Below, piece after piece: positions 51,094 to 60,070 of a stretch of 64,000 bases of DNA. This DNA is from an uncultured delta proteobacterium (lineage in GTDB: Bacteria; Desulfobacterota; Desulfobacteria; Desulfobacterales; QNYZ01): assembly GCA_963845145.1 (NCBI GenBank), contig CAWJQU010000005.1, positions 1,056,001-1,120,000 of the forward strand, written 5' to 3'. Numbering within the stretch: position 1 is the stretch's first letter; the number at the start of each line of letters is the position of its first letter. The notes under the pieces are model-generated. The model saw nothing but the letters and a program-made list of their open reading frames with translations. It ran no database searches and was not told the origin of the DNA. The translations under genes were made by a program, and so were the position numbers.

Positions 51094-51289
51094 CTGGAGC
51101 GAAGAGACAGTTCTATCAAGTTTTCAGTATATTAAACATATTTCAAAATAACTGGCAAGATTTGGACAAATTATACCCAAAAACCTAACTTGTGCCCATC
51201 CAATAATTGCTATTTTTAAGCAGCCCATTTACTACAGCGATGGTTTCAAAAGATTTGTTCTATGATAATCTGCTACAAATATTTTGATA

Positions 51290-51428
51290 GCATAGATTTT
51301 TTCGTTTAGCGACTCTATAAATCAATCGCCAGGGTGGGATAACCAGCTCTTTGTATTGAAAAAGTCCCTGCGCTTGTAACTCGGTTACGACCCGACCCTT
51401 TTCAGGGAGGGTATAGCGGTTTGACGCG
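51290..51428 (-). pseudogene. RelE/ParE family toxin, C-terminal fragment
   Basis: Manual translation ASNRYTLPEKGRVVTELQAQGLFQYKELVIPPWRLIYRV. Confidence 0.7.
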
Positions 51429-51498
51429 TCTTTCTTATTTCATGCCCAGTGGTTGGATCAAGATTGACAAGATAGACTTGAAACCTTTTTATTTCCAT
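51424..51498 (-). pseudogene. PemK/MazF toxin, N-terminal 25 codons only
   Basis: MEIKRFQVYLVNLDPTTGHEIKKTR, overlapping the antitoxin stop. Confidence 0.75.
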
Positions 51499-51755
51499 TC
51501 CCACTCACGCTCGTCCCATTCCGTTGTGATAGATGTTTCTGAATCCAACATTTTATCATCACCATCGGCAGCCATTCTTTTAAAAGCATCATCCCAGTTT
51601 TTACGAGAAGATTTGAGTGATTTTACAATGAGGGCATTGTTTTGAATGGATATCTCTACCTCGTCTTCAAAACCACATTGGGTAATAATGGGTTTTGGGA
51701 TACGAATGCCATTTTATGTCACCGATGTCTTGGCACTCATCACATAGTATTTCAT
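51489..51755 (-). pseudogene. AbrB/MazE family antitoxin with damaged 5' end
   Basis: GIRIPKPIITQCGFEDEVEI...WDDAFKRMAADGDD...EWDEREWEWK; the usual IGNSxG start is degenerate and frameshifted. Confidence 0.75.
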
Positions 51756-51809
51756 AATCGTAACAATTCAACATTCATGTAATTAAATTTACTAGAGGGT
51801 CAAGAGAAA

Positions 51810-52673
51810 CTATAGTATTTCCTCAAACGACCTTTCGACGATTTCGTATCTTTCCTTCTCAACAAAAAACAAAAAGGCAAATTTATTAGCAGGAACCCCC
51901 TTGGTTGCAAGAAATCTGACAATGTCACTTGGCATTAGAACCATTCGGTTAACAATTTTATGAGATATTTCAAGATCAATCCCTATTATGTCAAAGGCGA
52001 AGAATAATAGCTCAGAACAATATATCGCGTCGGAATTATAGGTCAGCAAATCGTAATCATACTCTTTGCTGACCTGATCAAAGGCGCTTTTTATAAACAA
52101 TTCCTTTTGCTTGTATGATATTTTAGGCCTGAATGCTGTAACGGACTGTAAGTATGAGGCTTGGCTCAAATTGGATAACTCGCTAAAGTCCCTGACCTGG
52201 ACTCCGATTCCGAGAGGACTACTGTCAATAATTAAATCTTCATCGCCCCGGACAAAATATCTTTCCATGCTGCTATATAGATGACTATCCTCACCAAATG
52301 TAGCGGCCAACTTTTCTCGGGTACCTAAATAAATTGCTGAATGTTTCCATTTTCCCCGAACGATCATACTGCCAACATACCGTCTGGTGCTTGTGAAAAA
52401 GACATCGCCTGGTTCTAAAAAATTACGGTAAGAAGTTGTTTCTTTAAGCGATATATCCGTTGGGCCTTCTACTGGATTATTACGATCATCTACATATTCT
52501 TTTCCAATCGTGCTATAGCATACTCCTTTTATGATGGCTGACTCGAAAAGCAATCTTGCCTGGTCAACAGCTAATAACCGTTTTGGGAAAAACAATGAAT
52601 AACCAACGACTATTATTGCAATAGATAAAAACGAGAAAAACACAAAGCGAAGATTTTTAACAATCCGTTCCAT
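51810..52673 (-). CDS. Permuted papain-like NlpC/P60 (YiiX/YebB-like) protein with N-terminal TM
   Basis: LEPGDVFF, WKHSAIYLG (His before Cys), YDY, IYCSEL. Confidence 0.8.
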   Translation of the reverse strand: MERIVKNLRFVFFSFLSIAIIVVGYSLFFPKRLLAVDQARLLFESAIIKGVCYSTIGKEYVDDRNNPVEGPTDISLKETTSYRNFLEPGDVFFTSTRRYVGSMIVRGKWKHSAIYLGTREKLAATFGEDSHLYSSMERYFVRGDEDLIIDSSPLGIGVQVRDFSELSNLSQASYLQSVTAFRPKISYKQKELFIKSAFDQVSKEYDYDLLTYNSDAIYCSELLFFAFDIIGIDLEISHKIVNRMVLMPSDIVRFLATKGVPANKFAFLFFVEKERYEIVERSFEEIL

Positions 52674-52745
52674 ATGTTATAAGGTCTTATAATATTAAAA
52701 TAATATTTGAGGGTGATGTGATTTTTTTCAAGCCATTTTTCAATT

Positions 52746-53177
52746 TTATTGCAGATATGCCATACTGTTTGGCAAAATAAATACAAACATCCAAAGCCAG
52801 GCAAGCAGTATGACTCGTGCTGGCCAGATCAATCGTTGAAATCTGTAGCCGACGGCATAACCAATCAGCACCAGCAATGGGTCACTAACCAAACGATTCA
52901 GCCAGTGTTCCTGCCCCTGGAACCAATAAGAGACAGATGGCCCGGCATAACCCGATTCCAAAGCCAACTCAAAAAACTCCCAGGCATAGGCCAAAATCAG
53001 TATAGCTATCAATGAGAACAAGACATTTTTATGTCCGGGACAGTTACTTGGGTCTTTCACCCTGTCATCAAACACCCTGGTGGTTAGGTTGCCGATTGCT
53101 ATTCCAGTGAAGAAGTGGCAAAAAGACCAGAGGTCAAGTAAAGCTTGGGTTTTGTGTCCAATTATTTCCATGATCAA
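52746..53177 (-). CDS. Small membrane protein with D.WS..H and WE..E motifs
   Basis: DLWSFCHF, AWEFFE, E..NRLVSD; overlaps the upstream gene. Confidence 0.65.
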   Translation of the reverse strand: MIMEIIGHKTQALLDLWSFCHFFTGIAIGNLTTRVFDDRVKDPSNCPGHKNVLFSLIAILILAYAWEFFELALESGYAGPSVSYWFQGQEHWLNRLVSDPLLVLIGYAVGYRFQRLIWPARVILLAWLWMFVFILPNSMAYLQ

Positions 53178-53941
53178 AAAAGGATTATTCGATAGCAGGA
53201 TGCAACAAGGGCAAAAACAACACAGTTAAATCCAATGATGGTAAAGGTCGATATTTCGTGCAGAATTTTTCTTTTGAAGGCAGGCAAAAAAACAACGTAA
53301 TACACTAGATGAGCAATCGCCATTCCACCCGCAATATCAATTAAATAGTGATTTTTTACAAAAAGCACCGAGAGTGTTATCAGGATAAAGATAAACAAAA
53401 ACAACCAGCGTTGCCTGGTCGGGGCAAAATGTTTCGAAAGCAACCAGAAAAGATAAGCAGTGGCAATATGGGCTGATGGGAAAACATTCCACGGCGTTGC
53501 CCGTTCGTAAACATACGCTGTCATCGAACCGAGCACCCCATGATCAGCCAGTACCTCAACTGGAACCCGTATCATGATACTGGCTGGAAAGTTAAACCAG
53601 ATGAGACATTCCAGGCCGGTCATTGCCAGGATACTAAGATAGAAATACCGAAATGCCTGGTGATTGTATGTGCCGCAAACAACACAGTAGATCAGGATGA
53701 ACAGAGGGTAAACCCAGGCAAACAAATATGGCAGGATAAATACAGGGATGTAAGGAATGCTGAAATCCCAGGCACAGGTAAGGCTCTTCCAATAATTATT
53801 TTCTTTTCCTGATAATAAAGCACCTATAAGATTATAAGAGAGTCGGTGAACAAGGATGAGAGGGGGGATGCAAATTATTTCCAGGTATGGGTGCTGCGCC
53901 TTTGTGTAGATTTGTACCTGAGATTCAACCTGACCAATCAT
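53174..53941 (-). CDS. PAP2-family membrane phosphatase/phosphotransferase (AUR1/IPC-synthase-like)
   Basis: NVFPSAH and KNHYLIDIAGG motifs; multiple TMs. Confidence 0.85.
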   Translation of the reverse strand: MIGQVESQVQIYTKAQHPYLEIICIPPLILVHRLSYNLIGALLSGKENNYWKSLTCAWDFSIPYIPVFILPYLFAWVYPLFILIYCVVCGTYNHQAFRYFYLSILAMTGLECLIWFNFPASIMIRVPVEVLADHGVLGSMTAYVYERATPWNVFPSAHIATAYLFWLLSKHFAPTRQRWLFLFIFILITLSVLFVKNHYLIDIAGGMAIAHLVYYVVFLPAFKRKILHEISTFTIIGFNCVVFALVASCYRIILF

Positions 53942-54092
53942 TACAACTCCTCAATATATCTATTTCTTCGTAAAGGACTCCCCTTCATGAATAATTTTTC
54001 GGCCAATAGCTTTGCTTTTTAGGTTTTCTGTTTCGTGCGTTCATTTTCATTCGTCATTTGGCTCCTGTGAACTGTATGACGGACTTGAATTA

Positions 54093-54107
54093 GCAATTCC
54101 TATGCCA
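54093..54107 (-). promoter_or_regulatory. sigma54 (-24/-12) promoter upstream of the PAP2 operon
   Basis: Minus strand TGGCATAGGAATTGC, GG-N10-GC spacing, intergenic and correctly oriented. Confidence 0.7.
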
Positions 54108-54372
54108 ATTAGCGGTGCTGCCGGGTACTATTTGGATTTAGAGATCAGGTGTTCGGATTTATAATGATTTGAAACAGGAAGGTGGCCCGGTCAATCACAA
54201 GACCGATAATTGAGGACGGAAAAAATGATGTGAAACCATGCACCTGGTCCATATGAACCACTTCTGGTGGTGTAAGTGGTTCATATGAACCAGGCATGGC
54301 GTCTGAGGTTACCTTATAATAAAAGCAACGGTGTCCAAAAATCAAAATAAGAAGTCCCAAATTTTTAAAACG

Positions 54373-54876
54373 TCACAAGCCGCTTTTTATCAATGGTTCG
54401 GATTTTATTAAGGACCACCTGGATGCATCTTGAACCACAGGATCATTGGGAAATAGGTTGTCGAGATTTTTTTTGAAGACAGTAAGGATAGGAGCAGATT
54501 TAAAACAAAGAAGGTGGGAAAGGCATTCACAATCCGAAGACCCGAAACCGGGCACCGGAATCGATGCGCCTTTGGTTTTCAATAAAATGTCAGCCCAATC
54601 GTGTTCGCGACGAACGGGTAACACCATATACCAGACCGCCGTCAGCCGACACCGTCGACGCAGGTAATCAATATGCCAATGGCAGGTTTTACCGACTTTG
54701 CGATGCCGCCCCACGCGACTGCCCAACCCGCCGGGACCGAAGGCACTGCCAACGTAAACATAATGTCCAGGGTTAAAGGTAAAAATGCCTAGCTTCCCGA
54801 TTCGAATCCTGGCTAGTTCTTCCAACCGGAGGATAAGAACGTAGGTCCCTTTTCCCTTTTCTGCCAGGGCAATCAT
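54373..54876 (-). CDS. GIY-YIG superfamily nuclease (DUF123-like)
   Basis: KGTYVL, YVYVGSAFGPGGL..R..RH, HWHIDYL, GFGSSDCEC.SHL. Confidence 0.85.
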   Translation of the reverse strand: MIALAEKGKGTYVLILRLEELARIRIGKLGIFTFNPGHYVYVGSAFGPGGLGSRVGRHRKVGKTCHWHIDYLRRRCRLTAVWYMVLPVRREHDWADILLKTKGASIPVPGFGSSDCECLSHLLCFKSAPILTVFKKNLDNLFPNDPVVQDASRWSLIKSEPLIKSGL

Positions 54877-55039
54877 GAGGATTCAAAGTTGAAAATCGTG
54901 TGAAAGGTCAATTGCGGGCGGTTTCGAAAAATGGCCAAGATCAAGGCTCGGTTTATTTCGTTTTGTGAGATAAATTAAAATCGCAACACACACTGATGGT
55001 GCCCCGAAGGAAATGCCCTTGGGGTTTTCTACGACGCCA

Positions 55040-56080
55040 TCAGAATTTATCATCGCCGGGAAATCGGATGAGCTTCCCGCCATAAAACCCGGCCAACGCT
55101 GCCGCACCGAGGGCAACGGCGAACAGGCCTAAAAATATAAACCGCCCGGAAGACCATTGTTCGACTACATGGGGGTTGATCCAGCGCCATAACACCAGGA
55201 TCAAAGACAATGCCGTAACGATTGCGCCGCAAATCATCTTGGTTTTGATCACTTTGGTCATGGCGCCACCCAGGCGTATCTGCCAGTCGTTGTAACCGGA
55301 AAAGAGCACCAGGGGCATGGAAATCAACACAAAGACCAGATTATAATGGGAGACTTGTAACAAGGTATCGCTACCGAATAGAATGCCCATAAGAAAAAAC
55401 AAAAAGGCGACCGGCAAAACCCCGTTGGGGATATGGACGGTGATGGGATGCCCGTGCAATTTGGACATCTGAGTGGTGATGGTCGTATAGATGCCTGATA
55501 TCTGCGAAGGTTCCGACGTGAGCCCTGCATCAACGGGAGCCGGGCCACCCGCAGGCGGGATATCATCTGGCGTTGTCTTTCCCACAACCGGGCCAGCGGG
55601 TTTTTTTTCAGCCGGCGATTCATCCGGTTCCTGGAGGATAAAAAGGCTACGGTCAGCCCCACAGACCGGGCATTTATCCGGAGGCTCCGGGCCGGTATGA
55701 ATATATCCGCAAACCGTGCATTTCCATTTTTTTTCGACAGCGTCGGACTCAGGCGTATCACCACTCGGTTCGGCGTCGCGCTTTTGAGCGGGTGTGGATG
55801 AAGCCGTGATATCCCGAAAACTATCGGCAGCGACCCCGCATACCGGGCAGGCGTCCTTCGGGTCGCCATCTCGCCGGATGTAACCGCATACGGAACATTT
55901 TTGCTGTTTGTTTTTTTCTAATGCCGCCCCGGTAGGGTCTTCCGATTCGGGGTCGCCTTCTTCTTCATCGCTTTCTAACAATTTAAAAGAATCTCGATAC
56001 ACACCGCATACGGGGCAGCTTTCGGGAAGCTGATCTCCGGTATGAGTATAATTACATACCGTGCATTGCCATTTTTTCAT
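55040..56080 (-). CDS. Three rubredoxin-like domains fused to a DUF2231-like membrane domain
   Basis: Three CxVCxY-x10-CPVCG units with acidic/Pro linkers; C-terminal HPITVHIP and about 4 TMs. Confidence 0.85.
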   Translation of the reverse strand: MKKWQCTVCNYTHTGDQLPESCPVCGVYRDSFKLLESDEEEGDPESEDPTGAALEKNKQQKCSVCGYIRRDGDPKDACPVCGVAADSFRDITASSTPAQKRDAEPSGDTPESDAVEKKWKCTVCGYIHTGPEPPDKCPVCGADRSLFILQEPDESPAEKKPAGPVVGKTTPDDIPPAGGPAPVDAGLTSEPSQISGIYTTITTQMSKLHGHPITVHIPNGVLPVAFLFFLMGILFGSDTLLQVSHYNLVFVLISMPLVLFSGYNDWQIRLGGAMTKVIKTKMICGAIVTALSLILVLWRWINPHVVEQWSSGRFIFLGLFAVALGAAALAGFYGGKLIRFPGDDKF

Positions 56081-56308
56081 GATTTGTTTCCCAACCTTTT
56101 AAGCCAGCATCTCTATTTCAACATTTCGACGATTGATCGTATTTTTTCACACCTGTTGTTACCAGGAATTGTTTCCCAGCGTCAATGGGTTGAGTGCTCA
56201 TTATATTTGAAAATAGGATTTGTGTGAGAGAGGTGTTGTTTTGAAAAACGGCCGGGGAACGAATCTGCTAAAATATTAGGTAAGAATCAGCCGATATAAC
56301 GACCCACA

Positions 56309-57625
56309 TCAGACTTCGTCCGACATCGGAAAACACAAAATAACCTGGGTCCCATGGCCCACTTGGCTATGAATATCAATCGTCGCCCCATGAGCAGTCA
56401 TAATAGTCCGGCAAAGGCTCAGTCCCAGCCCATAACCACCGGTTTTACGGGTACGGGAATCATCCGCCCGGTAAAAGGGCTCAAATACAAAGGGCAAGTC
56501 GTCGGCGGCAATGCCGATCCCCTTATCTTCGATGGTGATCGTTAAATCATCTGCTTGGACTTCCATAGAAATGGCCACAGGGTCACCATCGGGGGCGGAA
56601 TATTTTAGCGCATTATCCAATAGGTTTCGTATCACCGTCTCAATTTTACTGGCATCCAGTGTCAATTCGGTTTCCAGAGGGTGGCTAAAAACAACACCCG
56701 GCCGACGATCGGTAAAATCGGGCAGGACATCGCGAATCAGATCGGCGGGTTTTACCGGGACAAGATTTAACGCCGCGGCGGATTTACGAATTCGGGCCGC
56801 TTCCAGAATTTCGGTGATCATCTTTTCCATTTCACCGACATCTTCGGCAAGGGTTGTCCGGGTTTCGTCGTCGGGTAGAAATTCAAGCGCCACTTTCAAG
56901 CGGGTCAGCGGAGATCGAAGCTCATGGCTGACATCCAAAAGGAGCTGCTCCTTGGTTTTTAACAATGCGTCCAGCCGTTTCGCCATCCGGTTAAAGGCTG
57001 CCGCCAGGTCGTGAAATTCATCATTACGTCCTAAGGGAACCCGATGGCTGAGGTCGCCGGCACCCACTTTTTCAACCCCATTTTTTAATTGGCGAATCGG
57101 TTTTAATACGCGACGAAGATAAAAATATGCGGCAGTTAAAATAGCCACAAAAATAGCTGCCATGGTAACAAATAACTGCCCCATTGCTTTGTGGCCATTG
57201 CCTCCCCAAGGGAGAATAAAGGTCAACCGGTTCCTTTCTTTTGTAATGCTTACGATATGGTGCCCACGGTAAAAGCCGATCTCCCTACCCGGTTCTTGCG
57301 AAACCATGCGCACCTTTTCCAAGTGAAGGTTTCTGGGGATGGCAGCGGTCTCCCAATGATGATTATTACTCTTGAACAAGATGATCATGCCCGTTCGCCT
57401 GGCAATTTTTTCAGCCTTGTCGAGGCGAGGGGGGTTTCCCATCTCACCGATCAGGTAATCGGAATATACGGCCAAGTTACGATCAAGGGATACCAGCGAG
57501 TGTCTTTTTAATGCCATAAACCCGCCGATCACACCAAAAGTGATCGCCATCCCGACGATCAGGATGGCTAGCAGCAGTCGTGTAAAAACGGAATGGAAGA
57601 GTTTTTTGATAGGTTTTTTATGCAT
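56309..57625 (-). CDS. HAMP sensor histidine kinase (CpxA-like)
   Basis: DVSHELRSPL, NLLDNALKYS, EDKGIGI, FEPFYR, GYGLGL. Confidence 0.93.
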   Translation of the reverse strand: MHKKPIKKLFHSVFTRLLLAILIVGMAITFGVIGGFMALKRHSLVSLDRNLAVYSDYLIGEMGNPPRLDKAEKIARRTGMIILFKSNNHHWETAAIPRNLHLEKVRMVSQEPGREIGFYRGHHIVSITKERNRLTFILPWGGNGHKAMGQLFVTMAAIFVAILTAAYFYLRRVLKPIRQLKNGVEKVGAGDLSHRVPLGRNDEFHDLAAAFNRMAKRLDALLKTKEQLLLDVSHELRSPLTRLKVALEFLPDDETRTTLAEDVGEMEKMITEILEAARIRKSAAALNLVPVKPADLIRDVLPDFTDRRPGVVFSHPLETELTLDASKIETVIRNLLDNALKYSAPDGDPVAISMEVQADDLTITIEDKGIGIAADDLPFVFEPFYRADDSRTRKTGGYGLGLSLCRTIMTAHGATIDIHSQVGHGTQVILCFPMSDEV

Positions 57626-57634
57626 GGTGATTAT

Positions 57635-57840
57635 CGGTTTGCCCGTTTAGTCCGGTCGGTTGCCCGTTAGTTGGTCTGCCCGTGGGTTCCCACGTACAAG
57701 TGAGTAGGTCGAATATTGTAAGTCGTTTTTTATGGTAAGTACGATCAACAATTTCGTCGTCGTAAATTTGTCTATATCGTATTTTCCCTGTGTTGAAAAC
57801 CGGCAAACCGGCCAACCGGCCAACCGGAAAACGGACTAAC
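57635..57840. repeat. Intergenic spacer with inverted arms of short (~8 bp) repeats
   Basis: TTGCCCGT-type units on the left, AACCGGC(C/A) units on the right; TTAGTCCG/CGGACTAA complementary. Confidence 0.6.
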
Positions 57841-58513
57841 CAATAAACACATACCCCGCGCCCCAAACCGTCTTAATAAACTGTGGATCTTTGGGGTCGT
57901 CCTGGAGTTTCTGCCGCAGACGGCTCATGGTGATATCCACCGAGCGATTAAAGGCATCACTGTCCATGCCGCGCAGGGTTTGAAGAATTTCATCCCGGTC
58001 CATCACCCGGCCGGCGTTATTGATTAATAGGGCCAGGGCTGTGAATTCATTGGTGGTAAGAATCACCGGCTCACCGTCCAGTTGGATGTTGCGGGCGGCA
58101 AAATCCACTGTTAACCGTCCGAATGTCTGGGTTTGACTGGGGTCGATGGTCCGAGCGCGTCGAAGTACCGATTGGATTCGCGCCACCAACTCGCGGGGTT
58201 CAAACGGCTTGGGCAGATAATCGTCGGCGCCCAACTCCAGGCCCACAACTTTGTCCATCAAGTCACCCCGCGCGGTAAGCATCACAATGGGCACCGAGCT
58301 GAACTGGCGAATCTTTTTGCAGACTTCAAACCCGTTCATGTCGGGCAGCATCACATCCAGAATGATCAGATCCGGCGAATAGCGCCGGATCTTTTTCAAA
58401 CCATCATTGGGATGAATCGCAGCGTGTACGGTGAAACCAAAATCCGCCATGTATTTTTTTAACAGACGATTTAGTTTTTCGTCATCATCGATGATCAGCA
58501 GTGTCTCTGCCAT
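57836..58513 (-). CDS. OmpR-family response regulator (CpxR-like)
   Basis: IIDDD, ILDVMLP, GADDYLPKPF, RSVDITMSRLRQKL, KTVWGAGY. Confidence 0.93.
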   Translation of the reverse strand: MAETLLIIDDDEKLNRLLKKYMADFGFTVHAAIHPNDGLKKIRRYSPDLIILDVMLPDMNGFEVCKKIRQFSSVPIVMLTARGDLMDKVVGLELGADDYLPKPFEPRELVARIQSVLRRARTIDPSQTQTFGRLTVDFAARNIQLDGEPVILTTNEFTALALLINNAGRVMDRDEILQTLRGMDSDAFNRSVDITMSRLRQKLQDDPKDPQFIKTVWGAGYVFIG

Positions 58514-58606
58514 TCTGAAACTCTATTTAATTGTAGGTTAGCCGCAGTATCCCAATGTATCGCTTCGGCCGCCTAAACACCATTAACTATTTTTTCCAGG
58601 TGTTTG

Positions 58607-58936
58607 TCAAATAACCCGATGGCTGTCACAGGCGATGAAGGGTTGATTGTAACGCCCTGATCGGGAATACATTGGCCTGGCGTGCATCGGCCGGCGTCGG
58701 GTAAAACCCATAATCCCAGCCGTCAATCGCAACAGAACCATCAGCCCGAGCGCCTGCCAGAAGGTAATGGCTGTGAGGTCAAAAAGCCCCGGGACAACAA
58801 CATTCCAGGTTAGCTGCAGTACCAGGGTCAGAATAAGCAGGCCTGCCACGCCCATGAATAGATATCTGAAGTGAAACTTCTTTGGGAAAAAACGGTTGAA
58901 ACGCTTTCGTATCTTTCGTTCAGGATGATCTATCAT
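58607..58936 (-). CDS. Small membrane protein
   Basis: WNVVVPGLF..ITFWQALGL; 2 TMs; GAGGAG RBS. Confidence 0.7.
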   Translation of the reverse strand: MIDHPERKIRKRFNRFFPKKFHFRYLFMGVAGLLILTLVLQLTWNVVVPGLFDLTAITFWQALGLMVLLRLTAGIMGFTRRRPMHARPMYSRSGRYNQPFIACDSHRVI

Positions 58937-58973
58937 TTTTGACTCCTCTTAAAATAATGCCGTGGATGACGTT

Positions 58974-59036
58974 GGTGCCAAAACCCTCAATTGAGATCGT
59001 TATCGGGTAGAAATTCACCATTGAGGTTTTGGCACC
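58974..59036. terminator. Long inverted repeat after the CpxP-like gene (stem-loop; terminator or mRNA stabiliser)
   Basis: GGTGCCAAAACCCTCAAT ... ATTGAGGTTTTGGCACC. Confidence 0.55.
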
Positions 59037-59060
59037 TTCGGGAAACCGCCACTGTAGGCG

Positions 59061-59555
59061 TTACCATTTTTTAAACCGGCAATGTCGCCGGTCACCGGGT
59101 CGATGATTTTCAATTTCCTTGGCCAGCTTTTCCCGCTGGACGGGGGTCAAAAGGGCGTGAAATTCGATAACGCGGTCACCGGCAAAAGCGATCATCTCAT
59201 CCATCTGCTGACGGTGCGTTTCAACCACCCGGTTGATATCGTCCTGACCGATTTTCTCCCGGCGAACCAACGCGAGCATATCCTGGCGTACGGATTGGTG
59301 CCAATCGCGACTTTCCCCGCGTTTTTCGTGCAGCTCGGTCAGTAGTCCTTCCACTTTTGACTTTTGGTCGGTGGTCAAGTCGAGCCGGTCGGCGATCTTG
59401 CCGCTGAACCATTCCAGCCGCTTTGTAGATTCTTCCGGTGTCGAATGATAACCGCGGCGCCCGCATCCCACGAAGACAACAGCTAAGATGGCCAATACCG
59501 CTATTGCCGTCAAACCGGTGAAAAGGGACCCTTTGATGATACGTTTTGTTTTCAT
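59061..59555 (-). CDS. Spy/CpxP family periplasmic (lipo)protein
   Basis: Signal with FVGC; LTTDQ and LTPVQ (LTxxQ) motifs; AGGAGG RBS. Confidence 0.85.
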   Translation of the reverse strand: MKTKRIIKGSLFTGLTAIAVLAILAVVFVGCGRRGYHSTPEESTKRLEWFSGKIADRLDLTTDQKSKVEGLLTELHEKRGESRDWHQSVRQDMLALVRREKIGQDDINRVVETHRQQMDEMIAFAGDRVIEFHALLTPVQREKLAKEIENHRPGDRRHCRFKKW

Positions 59556-59650
59556 GTCTACCTCCTAATTGGATTCAGGTTAAAAGAAAGAATTTTTCTT
59601 TCTCTGAACCGAATAATAGGGCAGAACTTTTATCGATGCTTTTCCCCGGC

Positions 59651-59677
59651 GTAACAAGTTGTAACAAGTTGTAACAA
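59651..59677. promoter_or_regulatory. Direct repeats GTAACAAGTT x2.7, probable OmpR/CpxR-type binding site
   Basis: 10-bp period, ~95 bp upstream of the CpxP-like gene; resembles GTAAA-N5-GTAAA. Confidence 0.65.
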
Positions 59678-59763
59678 CCAAGAATCAAGAAACCCGTTGC
59701 CGAAGGTATTAATGAAATCGGAAAAGTGGCAAAACGCCTATCATTTTGTACGTGGATTCCATC

Positions 59764-59850
59764 TGTAGGGGCGCCCCTTGTGGGTGCTCATGCCCTTTGT
59801 GGGTTCTTGGCGATTATACCACCGGGCAACCACAAGGGATTGCCCCTACA
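59764..59850. repeat. REP-like inverted pair
   Basis: TGTAGGGGCGCCCCTTGTGGGTGCTC ... GGGCAACCACAAGGGATTGCCCCTACA (GTAG-type REP). Confidence 0.8.
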
Positions 59851-60070
59851 TGAATTCATCCATTTAAAAATGAAAAACATTTCAAAGGCGGCATTCAGTC
59901 TAAACGGTTAAAGGCTGTTTGGAATCAGAATTATTTATTCAAAATTTTTCTAAATTGATTATTACCTGCAATCGTCCCGGACAGGGTCTATACCCTGTTT
60001 GACACGACTAATTTATAACTGTATATTTATAAGTTACGGTTAATATATCCATCTAATACCGAATGTTATC

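Noticed and set aside
50832..51119. 95-aa minus-strand ORF
   Set aside because: Runs through the palindromic element, no RBS or motif.
53942..54057. Leader peptide(s) after the sigma54 promoter
   Set aside because: An RBS and ATG are present but the frames close after 12-21 codons; cannot be distinguished from a frameshifted small gene or chance.
57618..57866. 82-aa ORF between regulator and kinase
   Set aside because: Translation of low-complexity repeat arms.
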